Below the pieces are notes generated by a model. The model searched no databases and was not told where the DNA came from. It worked only from the letters and a program-made list of their open reading frames with translations. Source: Chiloscyllium plagiosum (taxonomy: Eukaryota). From it: DNA of 40,937 bases. The stretch lies in the NCBI RefSeq assembly GCF_004010195.1, contig NC_057720.1, positions 25,645,007 through 25,685,943 on the forward strand. Reading direction: 5' to 3'. Below are positions 1 through 11,665 of this stretch, in pieces. How positions within the stretch are numbered: position 1 is the stretch's first letter; each line of letters begins with the position of its first letter. A program made the position numbers and the translations under genes.

Positions 1-1133
1 CCATGATGCAACAAAACCGCTGAAGAACCAGAGTCACTCATCATCCATGGAATGCTGTGAAGGTGAACGAGGGGCTGGTGCTGTACTCTGTTTAGAGGTG
101 GCAGTCAGAATGTCACATCATGATGTCCAGCCTTTCTGTAATGCAACTTCTTTTTCATCAAATTCAGTTTCCTGTGCTGGTCCATTTTGAGGGCTCATTG
201 CAGTACAGCACCGTACAGACAGAGGACGCTGTTTCATTCTTCGGTGCTTTGTTACGGGCAACTGGAAAACACAATGAGAAAAGATAGTGGAAAATGAGGA
301 TCTGTGAGAGCTGCAGAATTATAATGAGCTGGAAAATGAAAATGTTTGTCAAAATGTACAGCACCTTCAGTGCAGAAAAGTTGGCCAAAAAAAGCCAGGC
401 AGGACTTATCTGACAACCTCTTTCAATGGAACTAAGTTTTTGAAGTAATCTTTCACTGATCATAAATGTGTAGATGCTGCAGAGGCCAGTATCCCCTGCC
501 TAATCCCAACTGCAAGTCTAACATATCAGTTTAACTTTTGTACACTCTTCTTGTCCAATAAAACGTAAGGTTACAAACTGATGGAAGCCTTCACAACAAC
601 TGATGCTCCCTGATTCAATTATAACAAAGTTTCATTCTCAAATGGGCGCTATAGAAAGGACAGCCATTGTTCAAACAGGATTAAAACATTATGGCACTAA
701 GGATGGCTAGCCTCTCTAGCTTCACTCTTGTACCTGCTGTTAAAGTGATGGTTGATGCTGCGTGCATTGAAAAATGTGAGATTATGTTTAAAATGAAGTT
801 ACAACCATGCCACTTTTGTGGCATCAGGCAGTCACAGAAGGTGCTGGAAAAGCACAGCCAGCCAAGCAGCATCTTTCTCTCCAGTTACTTGCAGATGCAG
901 CCCTGGGATTTGGAACTGAGAGATAAAGAGCCTTTCCTATAATGGAGCCTGTTGATCCAGGAGTTTTGGATGGGTAGCTCTGGTGCCGTGTGAGGCTAGA
1001 GAGCTCAGGCAGACTGAGATGGTCCTGGTCAGATGCAGGTTTATTCTCCTTGGTTTGAATATTTTGCTGACATAATGATTGTAATGAGATCAGGCAGATG
1101 GTCCTCATAGAATATGAGTTCCCTCATTGGTGC

Positions 1134-2116
1134 TGTTAGATTGGTTCAATCAGAGAGCCCTGGCTGACAGATAAGGACAGGTGTGGCCCCATTTGCCACC
1201 GGGCGGTGGGGATCCCCAGTGGAGGGCTTTCTACGTGGGTGTCCTCCCTCTTTCTCTCGGGGATCTGGGGTGGAGGGTGCTGCACGTAGCGGTCCCCTGT
1301 AACTGCAGATTGCGGTGGTTCACGGACTCCCGACCCAACTGCTTGTTCTTTGGCGCTGTGGAGTCCGTGGACCATGTAAACATTGGGTGTGGGTGTTTGC
1401 ACTCACTTTCTGATTTTCTCAAAAATCTCCTTCTCTGCTTTTGGTTGCACTTTAGTCCCACGCTCCTTCGGGCACCCAGTACGGAGGAGGGAGGGCAGGT
1501 CTGAAGACCTCCTCGTGGGTCTGCTCCTGGGCCTGGCCAAACTGGCCATAAACTGGTCCAGGCAGCGGGCCGTGGAGGGGGTCGTTAGGGCCGACTGCCT
1601 GCCCCTCTTCCGCAGTTACGTTAGAGCCCGGGCGTCCTTGGAGAAGGAGTACGCGGTCTCCACCAACACCCTGGAGTTGTTCAGGGAGAGGTGGGCGCCG
1701 CAGGGAGTGGAGTGCATTATTTCCCCCTCCAACTCTATTTTGCTTTAATCCCTACCCTCCCCTTCACTGTTAGATCACACAGCACTGCCCTTTGATGTGA
1801 AGGGCACTGCTTGTCACAGGGCACTCGGGTGTTTTCCTTTCTTCGTGGTGGTGGAAACTGAATAAAGACTCGTGCACCTTGTGTCTCTCACTGTGTCTCG
1901 CACCTGCACACACACACCATGGGTATGGGGGTAAAATAAGCACTACCGCAGTTAGGCAGTAGTGTGGGGGTAATGTGAAAAAAGGGACGGGCGTGTCAGA
2001 CATCCCGTTCACTCTGAGAGATGGCTGTGAGGGAGCTGGATCAGTGGCGTGGACTCTCCATGTATAAATAAAGGGTGACTCAGTAATGGAATACTGACCT
2101 CTGTGGAGTTATTTCA
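1134..2116 (+). mobile_element. LTR-like remnant (TG...CA ends) split by a Tx1 insertion
   Basis: Starts TGTTAG at 1134 and ends GGAGTTATTTCA at 2116, with TATAAATAAA near 2063-2072. The halves 1134-1185 and 1985-2116 flank the Tx1 fragment. No clean outer TSD. Confidence 0.45.
1186..1984 (+). mobile_element. Tx1-type (L1 clade) non-LTR retrotransposon, 5'-truncated: ORF2 C-terminus plus 3' UTR
   Basis: Frameshifted ORFs 1181-1504 and 1383-1748 encode WRAFY...GDLGWRVLH...CLFFGAVESVDHV...LLLGLAKLAINWSR...FRERWAP, typical of the Tx1 ORF2 C-terminal zinc-knuckle region. Short A tail near 1978-1983. Probable TSD ggacaggtgtg (1175-1185) / ggacgggcgtg (1985-1995) with two CpG-type differences. Confidence 0.85.
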
Positions 2117-3654
2117 GGTTGTTTAGTGAGTTTTGCAAAATAAGAAGTTGAATATTAATGGCTTGATTTGGTCTGACACCAAGCTGTTTTACCAGTGATA
2201 ATTTACTGCTGCCTTGTGAGAAATTGGTCTCGCTGCTTGAGAAGGCATAAAATATGATCTGAGATGCTCCTGATGTTGAGTTCACCATCACTAGACTTCT
2301 TGCTCAATTCTGCTGCAAATCTTACCATAACCCACGTGGCTCAGACCCCCTGTAAGACTCTGCCTTATATGTCCATGGCGATATAGATATCAGGGTTGCG
2401 CCTGACTGAAATCCAGTTAACTGTTTTGCATGGATATTGGCATGCGTTAAAATCTTCTTTGTTCACTGTAGCAGCCAGAAGACAGATATGTACAGCAGAT
2501 TGATCTCATTCTGAAATAAGAATGGAGCAGATAATATAACACATTACAGACAATAATATTTCTTTTTTTGGTATCTGGGACAGTTAAAGATGGAAGCATT
2601 GTAACTGCATCACTGATCCATGATGGCATCATTGACTAGCTATAGACTATTGAAGTTGAATCTCCATCTGCTCAAGTAGATCCCAGAATACACTTAGGGA
2701 TCTCTGATGACCATGTGACAGGCATCAATGGCTCACTTTACTTTGGCAAAGCCATCTATGCAGTGAAATTGCTCATGTATTTTGTTGCTGTAAAGTGAGG
2801 ATGGAGATGGAGCTATTGGTGCCACTATAAAGGTAAAGGTGCATTTTAATCACCTTAAACAACAAATATGGTTGTTTCGCAGATGTGTCATGTGCTGGCT
2901 TCAAAGTATCAGAGATATCAAATCTCTGGGTCATATTAATTTCAACTACCACAAACAATCGCATTGCTCAGTTAGAGGTTAGCTCCAGGCTATAACTTTG
3001 TAATAGCTTGCTGGTGAGCTGGGACTACAGAGGCAATATTCCTACATCATTGATGAGTAACTTTGTCAGAACCTACAGATATAGTAGATGGCATTCTGTT
3101 GGAAAGTCCTAATCCACCTTTGTGACATTTGATGCCCTTATTCTTCTTCTACTAAGTTGAGGAAGGAAAGCATTCCTTACATTTGTGACATCAAATATAC
3201 ATGAAGGCTACAATTTCATGGGATCTGGGTTCAACATGCAGGCTTTCAATATGTATTGGAAATGGCTCAAATGAATTCATGGTATGTGCAGTACAAGGTA
3301 CTAGATTACTCTCGCCCTGCATAAGGAGCAGATTTGCTTTGATGAGTTAGTTGCCAATTTTGCGCAAGGATACGTACTTCAAGAGAAGTAGCATTGGAAT
3401 CTATTTTGATGTCTGTGTATTCAAGCCTTAATGCAACTCCAAGTTGCACAACATCTGCTGCTGCAACCAAAAAGATCACAGCAATTTCTAGCCTTTTGTT
3501 TTAAAAGCAAATATTTCAGCCAAAGCAAATTAACTGAATTTCAAAAAGACTAAGCTGTGCAACCATTAAATGTGAATATGGAATACTTCATTTCAAAGTT
3601 ACTCAATCAGATAACGTACCCTCACCACCCTCACTCTAACTCCCCGTGCCTTTT

Positions 3655-4597
3655 TATATTTGGATAAGGAAAATGAATGTATTAGAGCCCAGTTTGCAGA
3701 TAACACGAAAATAAGTGGAGGTACCGACATGCAAGTAGCAAAGATATCACAAAGTGTCTGCAGAGGGATACAGACGGGCGTTACGTAAGTGGGCTAGAAC
3801 TTGGCAGATGTAATATGATGTGAGAAAATGTGAGGTTATGCACTTTGCTAAGAAGCATGGAGGAGCTGAATGTTAGTTAAATTGAGAGAAACTGCAGAAA
3901 GTTGCAGCACAGAGGGATTTAGAGTTCCTCATGCATGCATCACAAGCAATTAGCAAATAAATTCAGTGTGTAGTAAGGAAGGCAAATGGAATCTTGATCT
4001 TTCTTCAAAAGTAATTTTGTTTAAAAATGGAGAGGACTTTCTAAAACTATACACGGTAAAAATCAGACCACACCTGGGATTGTGAGAATAATTTTAGCCC
4101 TTATATCTAAGGGAATATAGATTGGCATTGGAGCCAGTCCAGAGAAGGTTCTCTACGTTTGCGAGATTTTCTTATGAGGAGAAGTTGAACAGGTTGGAGC
4201 TTAGAAGGTTGAAACAAAACTTCCCTGAAACATAATATATTCATAGGGGGCTTAGCAAGTAGCTCCCAAGAGATTGTTTCTCCATATGGAAGAGTCTAAG
4301 ATCAGAGGGCATGATCCCAAAGTAAAGGGTCATCCAACTAAAGCAGAGGTGAAGAGGAATTTCTTCTTTCACAGGGTATTGAATCTGCAGCATTCATTTT
4401 GGTAGAGGGATTTTGAGGCTAGGTCATTGGTTAGATTCAAGATTGAGAGAGACAGATTTTGAATCTGTAAAGAAATCAATGGTTATGAGAAAAAGGCAAG
4501 AAATTGGAATTGAGGATTATCATATCAACCACTATCTCTTTGAATAGGAGAGTAGATGGGCTCAATGGTCTATTTCTGCTTCTACATTTTACAGTAA
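3655..4597 (+). mobile_element. CR1 LINE 3' fragment, old and degraded
   Basis: Degenerate QFADNTKISG motif near 3690-3720, RPHL and VQRRF remnants, CR1-type 3' UTR ending near 4595. Confidence 0.85.
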
Positions 4598-4780
4598 TGC
4601 TTTCCAGATTTCTGCCTCTCCTCCAGAAGCAAGCTAAACCACTTGGTGTTTAGTTTCCACCATATGTTAAAGTTTGTGTTTGTGACTCATAACTACAGGA
4701 GGAAATTGAAAAGAGGGGATATGTGTGAAATTATGTGTCCAACTGGTATTATATAGGAAAAGAGGCAATCCATCTAGTCT

Positions 4781-4880
4781 AGGCATAAGCGCATTACTGA
4801 TGAAGGGCTTTTGCCCGAAATGTCGACTCTCCTGCTCCTCTGATGCTACCTGACCTGCTGTGCTTTTCCAGCTCTCGACT
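4781..4880 (+). mobile_element. Short Penelope-terminal-repeat-derived insertion with hammerhead-like core
   Basis: 13-bp TSD atccatctagtct (4768-4780) / atccatctggtct (4881-4893). Contains CTGATGA-A-GGGC-TTTT-GCCC-GAAA-TGTC. Confidence 0.85.
4797..4826 (+). ncRNA. Minimal type I hammerhead ribozyme motif, degenerate
   Basis: CTGATGA (4797-4803), stem II GGGC/GCCC (4805-4816), GAAA (4817-4820), TGTC (GAAACGTC in the copy at 17162, so CpG-decayed here). Stem I is mismatched in this copy. Confidence 0.65.
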
Positions 4881-5510
4881 ATCCATCTGGTCTGCCAATT
4901 TACCTTTTCATGAAAATAATTCCCCCACTGATGTTAGTCTAATTGCTTTTTTAATAATGTTATCATCAAAGTGAGTAGTAAAGTAAGCCAATCTGAGACC
5001 AGTGTCAAATAAACCCCTCTCAGCCTCCAACCCCTTTTATTTCCAAACAATACCTTCTTGACATCACTGTGGTTGTTTATGCATCCCAAGGGCTGCAGTG
5101 GTTCAAGAAGGTGCTGTATATGGTAATGGTTCTGAAAGAGTTAATGTTTGAGTTATGCTGAGATCTGAGCAGTCTGTTGATATCACACATCCACTGGGTG
5201 GAGAATGATTTGTTGTCTGGCATGGTCTCCTGAGGAAGACACATATGCCACTTGTTAGTGATAGTGAATTTATCCAAGAGTAAGGTAACCTATATATAGA
5301 TATTGAGATGTAATGAACTATAACATATTATCTAAAGCAAATGTTGCTTCTGTTGAGATTTATTTATCATCACCCTTTCACCAAGGACTACCGAACAGCT
5401 CCTTAATCTGGTATAGGAAGGAATATTGATGGCAACACTCCATCACAGCCTCTATGACAAGTCACTTGTCCTTGATAGCCAGAGTATGACATGGAGCCAT
5501 TGCTAGATAT

Positions 5511-5665
5511 CACATTCTGGCCTAGCCAGTAACCCCAAATTCCTGAACAAGTAAAAAGATCACATCACATTATATCTCACCACCACCTTCTTAAGAGCAG
5601 TTAGAGATGGGCAACACATTCTGGCCTAGTCAGTAACCCCAAATTCCTGAACAAGTAAAAAGATC
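5511..5665 (+). repeat. 51-bp direct duplication of a LINE 3' tail
   Basis: cacattctggcctagYcagtaaccccaaattcctgaacaagtaaaaagatc at 5511-5561 and 5615-5665 (1 mismatch). The intervening ctcaccaccaccttc...gatgggcaa matches the LINE tail at 11580-11660. Confidence 0.8.
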
Positions 5666-5708
5666 CTTTTTTAAGTTAATTCATCATTTAACTATTTAAT
5701 GATGTCAT

Positions 5709-6190
5709 TAGAGTTCATTTTCCTTGGAACAGAGGAGGCATCTGCTTGAAGTATACATGATTTTGAGGGGTATAGACAGAGTAGATAAGGATAATCTTTT
5801 TCCCATGGCAGATGTGTTTAAAACTAGAGGCACAAGTTTAAGATGAGGAATCAGTAGTTTAGAGGAGTTCTGAGAAAAAAAAATTGTTTTCTCCCAGAAG
5901 GTGATAGAAATATAGAATGTGCTGCCCGAGATGGGAGTGGAGGCAGGTACTTTCACAACAATTAAAAACCATCTTGATCAGCACTTAAAATGCCAGGGTA
6001 CAATAGGCTACAAACCAAGTGCAGATAAATGGGATTAGTGTGGTTTGGTGTTTGCTGGTCAGCATAGATATGATGGGCTGCTTGACTCTATGACTCTACA
6101 CAATTTCTGTACAACTTAGATGGACAAGGGCAACAAATGGTTAGCACGGATTTGTTCGAGGGAGATCCTGTCTGACTGAGTTAATTGAGT
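5709..6190 (+). mobile_element. CR1 3' end (to ~6098) plus a short CR1 RT fragment (~6110-6190)
   Basis: KTRGTSLR-type C-terminus, tail gactctatgactcta, then an HGFVRGRSCLTELIE remnant. Confidence 0.8.
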
Positions 6191-8048
6191 CTGAACCTCC
6201 TTAGTGGGATCCAAAATTTTGTCATTAAACTATTTTTTGGTGTGCTCCCATTATCAAGGGGAACATTTGGAATGTCCTAAATTTATGTATGCTAATGGAG
6301 AGGAATGAAAACACTGCCTTCAATAGCTTTCCAGCCCTTCCAATATGGAAGTTGCTGCAGATGAAAAATCTTGTGGTATTAGAGAGAACAAAATGAAAAT
6401 AAAAAACAGTTTGCGCAGGTCTTGATGAGGAGGAAATTAGATACATGTTACAAATATTGCTTGATGGGCATATAGATTCAGGTTTTTTAGTTACAATATA
6501 TATAACTAATGGCGTAATCCAGTACTGGAGCATTTTATTTGCAATGCCATATCTGCTTATTTTACTGCCATGCATCAAATGCATGAATTATTTGTGTCTT
6601 TGAAGAATGCCTGTGCAATGTATATTAATATGCTGTTTCAAAGCAATTAGTGTTCAACTTCAAGGCAAATTAGATGTGTTCACAATCATTTAAATATTGC
6701 AGCAACTAAAAAGAACTCCAGTAGTTATTACTATATTGTCAGTCTTGTACCATGTTTGAGTCTCCAGTGCACTGTGAGGGGCCTATGGCCTGTTGAATTT
6801 TATTGTTCCTTTGAGTGATAAGGCAGACTTAAACAATTCCTATAAAACATTGCTCTTCATGCAGAAAACACATTGAATCTCATCTTGCAATAAAATTTAT
6901 CTGAACCAGTGAATAAGGGAAAATTTGTCAACTGTAGGCTTTATAAGGAAAATATATTGGAAGCAATTTACTTTCAATATTACAGAACACAAACAAGCTC
7001 TTGAAAAGGCAAGTATATTCACCGGAGATTTTTTAAGGAAAGTGAATATGAGATTGATAAGAACTCATTTTATTATGATGCTTGGGCAATAATTCAAAAG
7101 CAATCTAGCCAGAGTGATATGGCCACATTATTTTAAAAGTCTCCAGTTTTATTCATGCTGTTAAAATCCTACAGGGTGTGATCATTTTGATCAGAATGAT
7201 AAAGAATATAGGGAGATTTCTACGGTCAAGTTTTTGTCTCATTTCAATTATGCTGTTTTGGAAATAATTAAAATATATGTGATGGTATTAATTTGCTCTT
7301 CACAACAACTTACTAACTGATGCCTCTTCTTCCACAATTGTAAACCAGGATCAGTGAAAGTAACATGAGAAAGATAATTAGTTCAGCATGCATACAGCAC
7401 TGAAAGGCATATGATGAAGAACAGGCAATAACAAACGTGGAGAAGTGCTGTCAACTAGTGCGTTACCATCGCACTCCACCCCAATTCCTCAAAATAACCT
7501 CATGGTATATTTTTATTAGGTAACTATAATATTTTTAAAATCTCTTTGTGTGACAAAACTTGCCATTTCTTCTTCTATAGGGGCATAGACAGTGGGAAGC
7601 GTTCGACCTGCAGGAAGGCATTTACTTACATCTGACTATAATGTGAAAATGTCCTCATCCTGCCAATGTACAGTGAGATCCAACAACAGTGACAAGATAT
7701 GCCTGGAATCACATTAGCTCGATAAGAAGATAAGTATTAAAAATTATTCATATGCAACATTTTTTTTCCATTGTCTTCTGAAAAAGCTATAAATTCTTTA
7801 AAGTTGTGCAATCATTGTCAGGGAACAGGTTCGAACTAATCGAAATGGTGAACTTGAGACCTGTAGCATCCTGTTAGCTATCAGAAATCCCAAGAGAAAG
7901 TAAAAGGGAACCACTATTGTCACTAGTGGGCCAAAAAGGCCTGTAGTACCTAATTCCACTCCACTGAGGATGTGTAGCAACATACTTCTACTGAAGTCGG
8001 CAGGGTTCCAACATGAACTCCATCCCAATATCTGAATTAGATTTACTT

Positions 8049-9392
8049 AGCAAGTGTTGAGAACACTTTTTGTAGCTCAGTTTGAGGTCTGGATGTAAGT
8101 TTGCTCGCTGAGCTGAAAGGTTCGTTTTCAGATGTTTCGTCATCATGCTAGGTAACATCATCAGTGAGCCTCCAGTGAAGCGCTGGTGTTATGTCCCATT
8201 TTCTATTTAAGTGTTTAGGTTTCCTTGGGTTGGTGATGTCATTTCCTGCCATTACTTCACTTTCAATAACAAAACCCACAGACAAACCAACAGAACACCC
8301 ATGGGATCTCTGCTAACAGGGTTCTTAGGAGAGGCAGTACTGCAGAGACTTGAACAAACAGCTCTGCCAATCATCCAATCCAAACTTTGGGTCTGCTACA
8401 TGGATGACACCTTTGTCATCACTAAACAAAACAAATTGGAGGAAACCTTCAAGACCATCAATAATACACTTACTGGCATAAAATTCACTAAAGAGGAGGA
8501 AAACAACAACAAACTGTCATTCCTAAATGTTGCAATAGGGCGAACAGCCAATGGGAAACTTCAAACCAGCATCTACAGGAAAACAACACATACAGATCAA
8601 ATACTGAACTACAGAAACAATCATCCCAGCACCCACAAATGAAGCTGCATTAGAACATTACTTCAATGAGCCACCATACACTGCAGCACAAAAAGCAGAG
8701 GAAAATCACCTATGCAGCGTATTCAGAAAGAACGGGTACCCAATGAACACACTCCACCGATTTCTCAGTGACAAACCCAAAAAAGCAGGCAAAACACATC
8801 CAGAAACCCTGGCCACTCTCCCCAGCATCAAAAATATCTCAGAAATGACTACCAGAGTACACAGACCTCTTGGCATCATGGCAGCCCACAAACTTACCAA
8901 CACACTAAAACAGGAGCGAATGAACTTAAAAGATCCTATACAGACAACGAGCAAACAAACATCATTTACAAAATACCTTGCAAGAACTACAACAAACACT
9001 ACACTGAACAAACAGGCAGAAAACTAGCTTCCAGGATACATGAACATTAACTAGCCACAAAAAGACACTAGTATCTCACTAGTATCCTTACGTACAGATG
9101 AGGAAGGACACCATTATGACTGGGACAACATGTCCATCCTAGGACAAGCCAAACAGAAACATGTATAAGAATTACTACAAGCATGGCATTCCAACTAGAA
9201 CTCTATCAACAAACACATTGATTTAGCCTCCATCAATCACCCTCTGAGAAAAACAACCAGAAATGACATCATCACAGGAAATGACATCACCACAGGAATG
9301 ATATCACCAACCCAAGGAAACCTAAACACGTAAATAGAAAACAGGACATAACACCAGTTCTTCAATGGAGGCTCACTGATGATGTTACCTAG
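8049..9392 (+). mobile_element. Penelope-like element (RT C-terminus + GIY-YIG) with inverted terminal-repeat copy at its 5' end
   Basis: ORF 8211-8642 has YFTFNNK..TPMGS..WVCYMDDTFVI. GIY-YIG remnant IYKIPCKNYNKHY..TGRKLASRIHEH near 8963-9047. 8150-8248 is the reverse complement of ~9296-9392. TSD ATTTACTT at 8041-8048 and 9393-9400. Confidence 0.92.
8128..8167 (-). ncRNA. Minimal type I hammerhead ribozyme motif in Penelope terminal repeat
   Basis: Minus strand reads TCA-CTGATGA-T-GTTAC-CTAGCATG-ATGAC-GAAAC-ATC-TGA: core boxes intact, stem I TCA/TGA, stem II GTTA/TGAC. Stem III ACAT is probably CpG-decayed ACGT. Confidence 0.7.
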
Positions 9393-9454
9393 ATTTACTT
9401 TTCATGAAAAGGGGCTCCCTGGATATAACCCCAATATGCACCTGAAATGCACAT

Positions 9455-9650
9455 TCTTCTTTTTCAAGTAAATAGTTAATTCCATTTACAATGCCTCAAT
9501 TGAATACGCCTCCACAATACCACCAGACAGTTCATTCCAGACCCTGAGCACTCACTGCAGGAAAATATTTTCCTCATGTCACTTTTGCTTCTTTACATTA
9601 AATCTACGCTCTCTCATCCTCAATCCTTTTATCGGTGGGAGCAATTCTTT
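9455..9650 (-). mobile_element. CR1 3' fragment
   Basis: Reverse complement matches the CR1 ORF2 end (ENIF...RVWN-type segment). Confidence 0.65.
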
Positions 9651-10221
9651 GAAATGTTCATTAGAGACTGCAAAATAATGGTTTCCTTTCGAAATCAAAT
9701 GCCTACAGCAGCTACTTAATAAGATAGTGAACAGAGAGACTTTGAGGTCTTGCATTTTAACAAAGATGAAAAACAGATACAAATTCAGCAACCGCACAGC
9801 AAGACATCAGAATATGAACAAACAATTGTGCTTCAAAAATGGGAGTTGCAATGATCGGTCCATGGGAAATTGATTAAAAGATATCTGTAATTTGTGAAAA
9901 AGAAAGAAAATATTAGAGAAACATTTCATAAATTCTGCACAGAGACAAAAATTAACAAAGAAAAAGGTGCCCTGACTGAGGAAATAGATTTCCTCTTACT
10001 AAAATATTCAGAATTTGAATATCATGATGACTTATTAGCAAACGAAAATCCTCTACTATAATCCATACATTTTTTTGTCTGAAAAAGAAACTCTGGAGTG
10101 AGAGAGATCTTGTTTGCAGAGGACTATCGTGGCTTCATTAATGAAAGAGATAAAATCCAGAGTAATTATGATCTTTTGAAGAAGATATTAAAAACATGTG
10201 AAGGAAATGCAGAACTCAAAC

Positions 10222-10640
10222 TGTACATGTTTTGGTCCTTGTATTTAAGAAATTACATATTACTGTTGGGAAGGTAAAAACAATGACTGCAGCTTCTGGA
10301 AACCAGATTTTGGATTAGTGGTGCTGGAGGAGCACAGCAGTTCAGGCAGCATCCGAGGAGCAGCAAAATCGGATGCTGCCTGAACTGCTGTGCTCTTCCA
10401 GCACCACTAATCCAAAAAAAAAACTTACTGTTGGGAGACAGTTCAAATGCGGTTCACTCGGGTGATTCCTGAGTTGAGGGGGCTAACCAATCAAGAATGG
10501 CTATCCTGATTAAGCCTCTTTTTTCATCAGAGTTTAGAAGAATGGAGGGTGATATTTTTGAAATCTACAGATTCTGAGAGGGCTTCACAGCATAGATATT
10601 GAGAAGATATTTCCATCTGGTGGGCAAATCTCAAACTAAT
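10222..10640 (+). mobile_element. CR1 fragment interrupted by a hairpin insertion
   Basis: FWSLYLR...VQMRFTRVIPELRG remnants on both sides of 10272-10424. Confidence 0.7.
10272..10424 (-). mobile_element. Fold-back Penelope-terminal-repeat-derived insertion
   Basis: 12-bp perfect TSD ttactgttggga (10260-10271, 10425-10436). 49-bp inverted arms at 10308-10356 and 10369-10417, one mismatch. Confidence 0.85.
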
Positions 10641-11665
10641 GGACATTGTTGGATTCATACCCAATACGTAAGAAGATGATTGTTGGAGGTCAGTCATCTC
10701 AACTCCAGGACATTTCTGCAAGAGTTCCTCAGTTTAGTATTCTCGGCCCAAACATATTCACCTGCTACATCAAAGATTTTTTCTCCATCGTAAGGTGTGT
10801 TTGCCTATAATTGCGCAATGTTCAACATTATTTGCAACTCCTCAGATAAAGAAGCAGCCACAAGATTTGGACAATATCCAGGCTAGGCTGACAAGTGGCA
10901 AGTAACATTCATACCATACAAATACTAGGCAATGACCGTTTCCAGTAAGAGACAATCTAATCACCACCTCTTGACATCAGTAGTATTACCATCACAGGAA
11001 GCTCCATTATCGACAGCCTGGGGGTTACCATTGACCAGAAACTCAAATGGACTCACCATATAAATACAATGGCTACATGAGCAGGTCGGAGGCTAGGAAT
11101 ACTACAGTAAGTAATTCACCTCCTGACTCCCCAAAGCCTGTCCACCATCCACAAGGCACAAGACTTGTCAATAGTGTAAAGGAATACTCCCCACTTACCT
11201 GGATAAGTGTAGCTCCAACAACATTCATGAAGCTTGACACCATCCAGGAGAAAGCAGCACCTACTTGATTGGCACCACATCCGCAAAATCCACTTCCTCC
11301 ACCACCGATGCTCAATAGCAGCAGTGTGTACTATCTTCAAGATGACTGTAGAAACTCACCAAAGATCCTTAGGCAGTACCTTCCAAACCCGTGACCACTT
11401 CCATCTTGAATGACAATGGCAACAGATACATGGGAAAACCACCACTTGCAAGTTCCCCTCCAAGCCATTCAACATCCTGACTTGGAAATATATCACCATT
11501 CCTTCACTATCACTGGGTCAAAATTCTGGAATTCCTTCCCTTAGGGCATTGTGAGTCTCCTTACAGCACAAGAAGGCAGCTCACCACCTTCTCACGGACA
11601 AATAGGGTGGGCGATAAATGCTGGCCAGTCAGCAGTTCCCACATCTCACAAGTGAATGAAATTGA
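10640..11665 (+). mobile_element. Second LINE family (CR1/L2 group): RT end plus long 3' UTR
   Basis: GQSSQLQDISARVPQFSILGPNIFTCYIKD, degenerate FADD (VFAYNC), ADKWQVTF, LGVTIDQKLKW. The 3' UTR recurs at 13230-13380, 23470-23850 and 27590-27895. Confidence 0.8.

Noticed and set aside
2720..3060. Vague resemblance of the fossil ORF to TASOR/SPOC-type proteins (NHLKQQI, LLADAAL)
   Set aside because: Only short motif echoes, in an unexpected order; not supportable without a profile search.
6970..7230. Possible small host exons (AG acceptors at ~6985 and ~7174)
   Set aside because: Donor sites are weak or non-canonical; the sequence is better explained as part of the continuous decayed frame.
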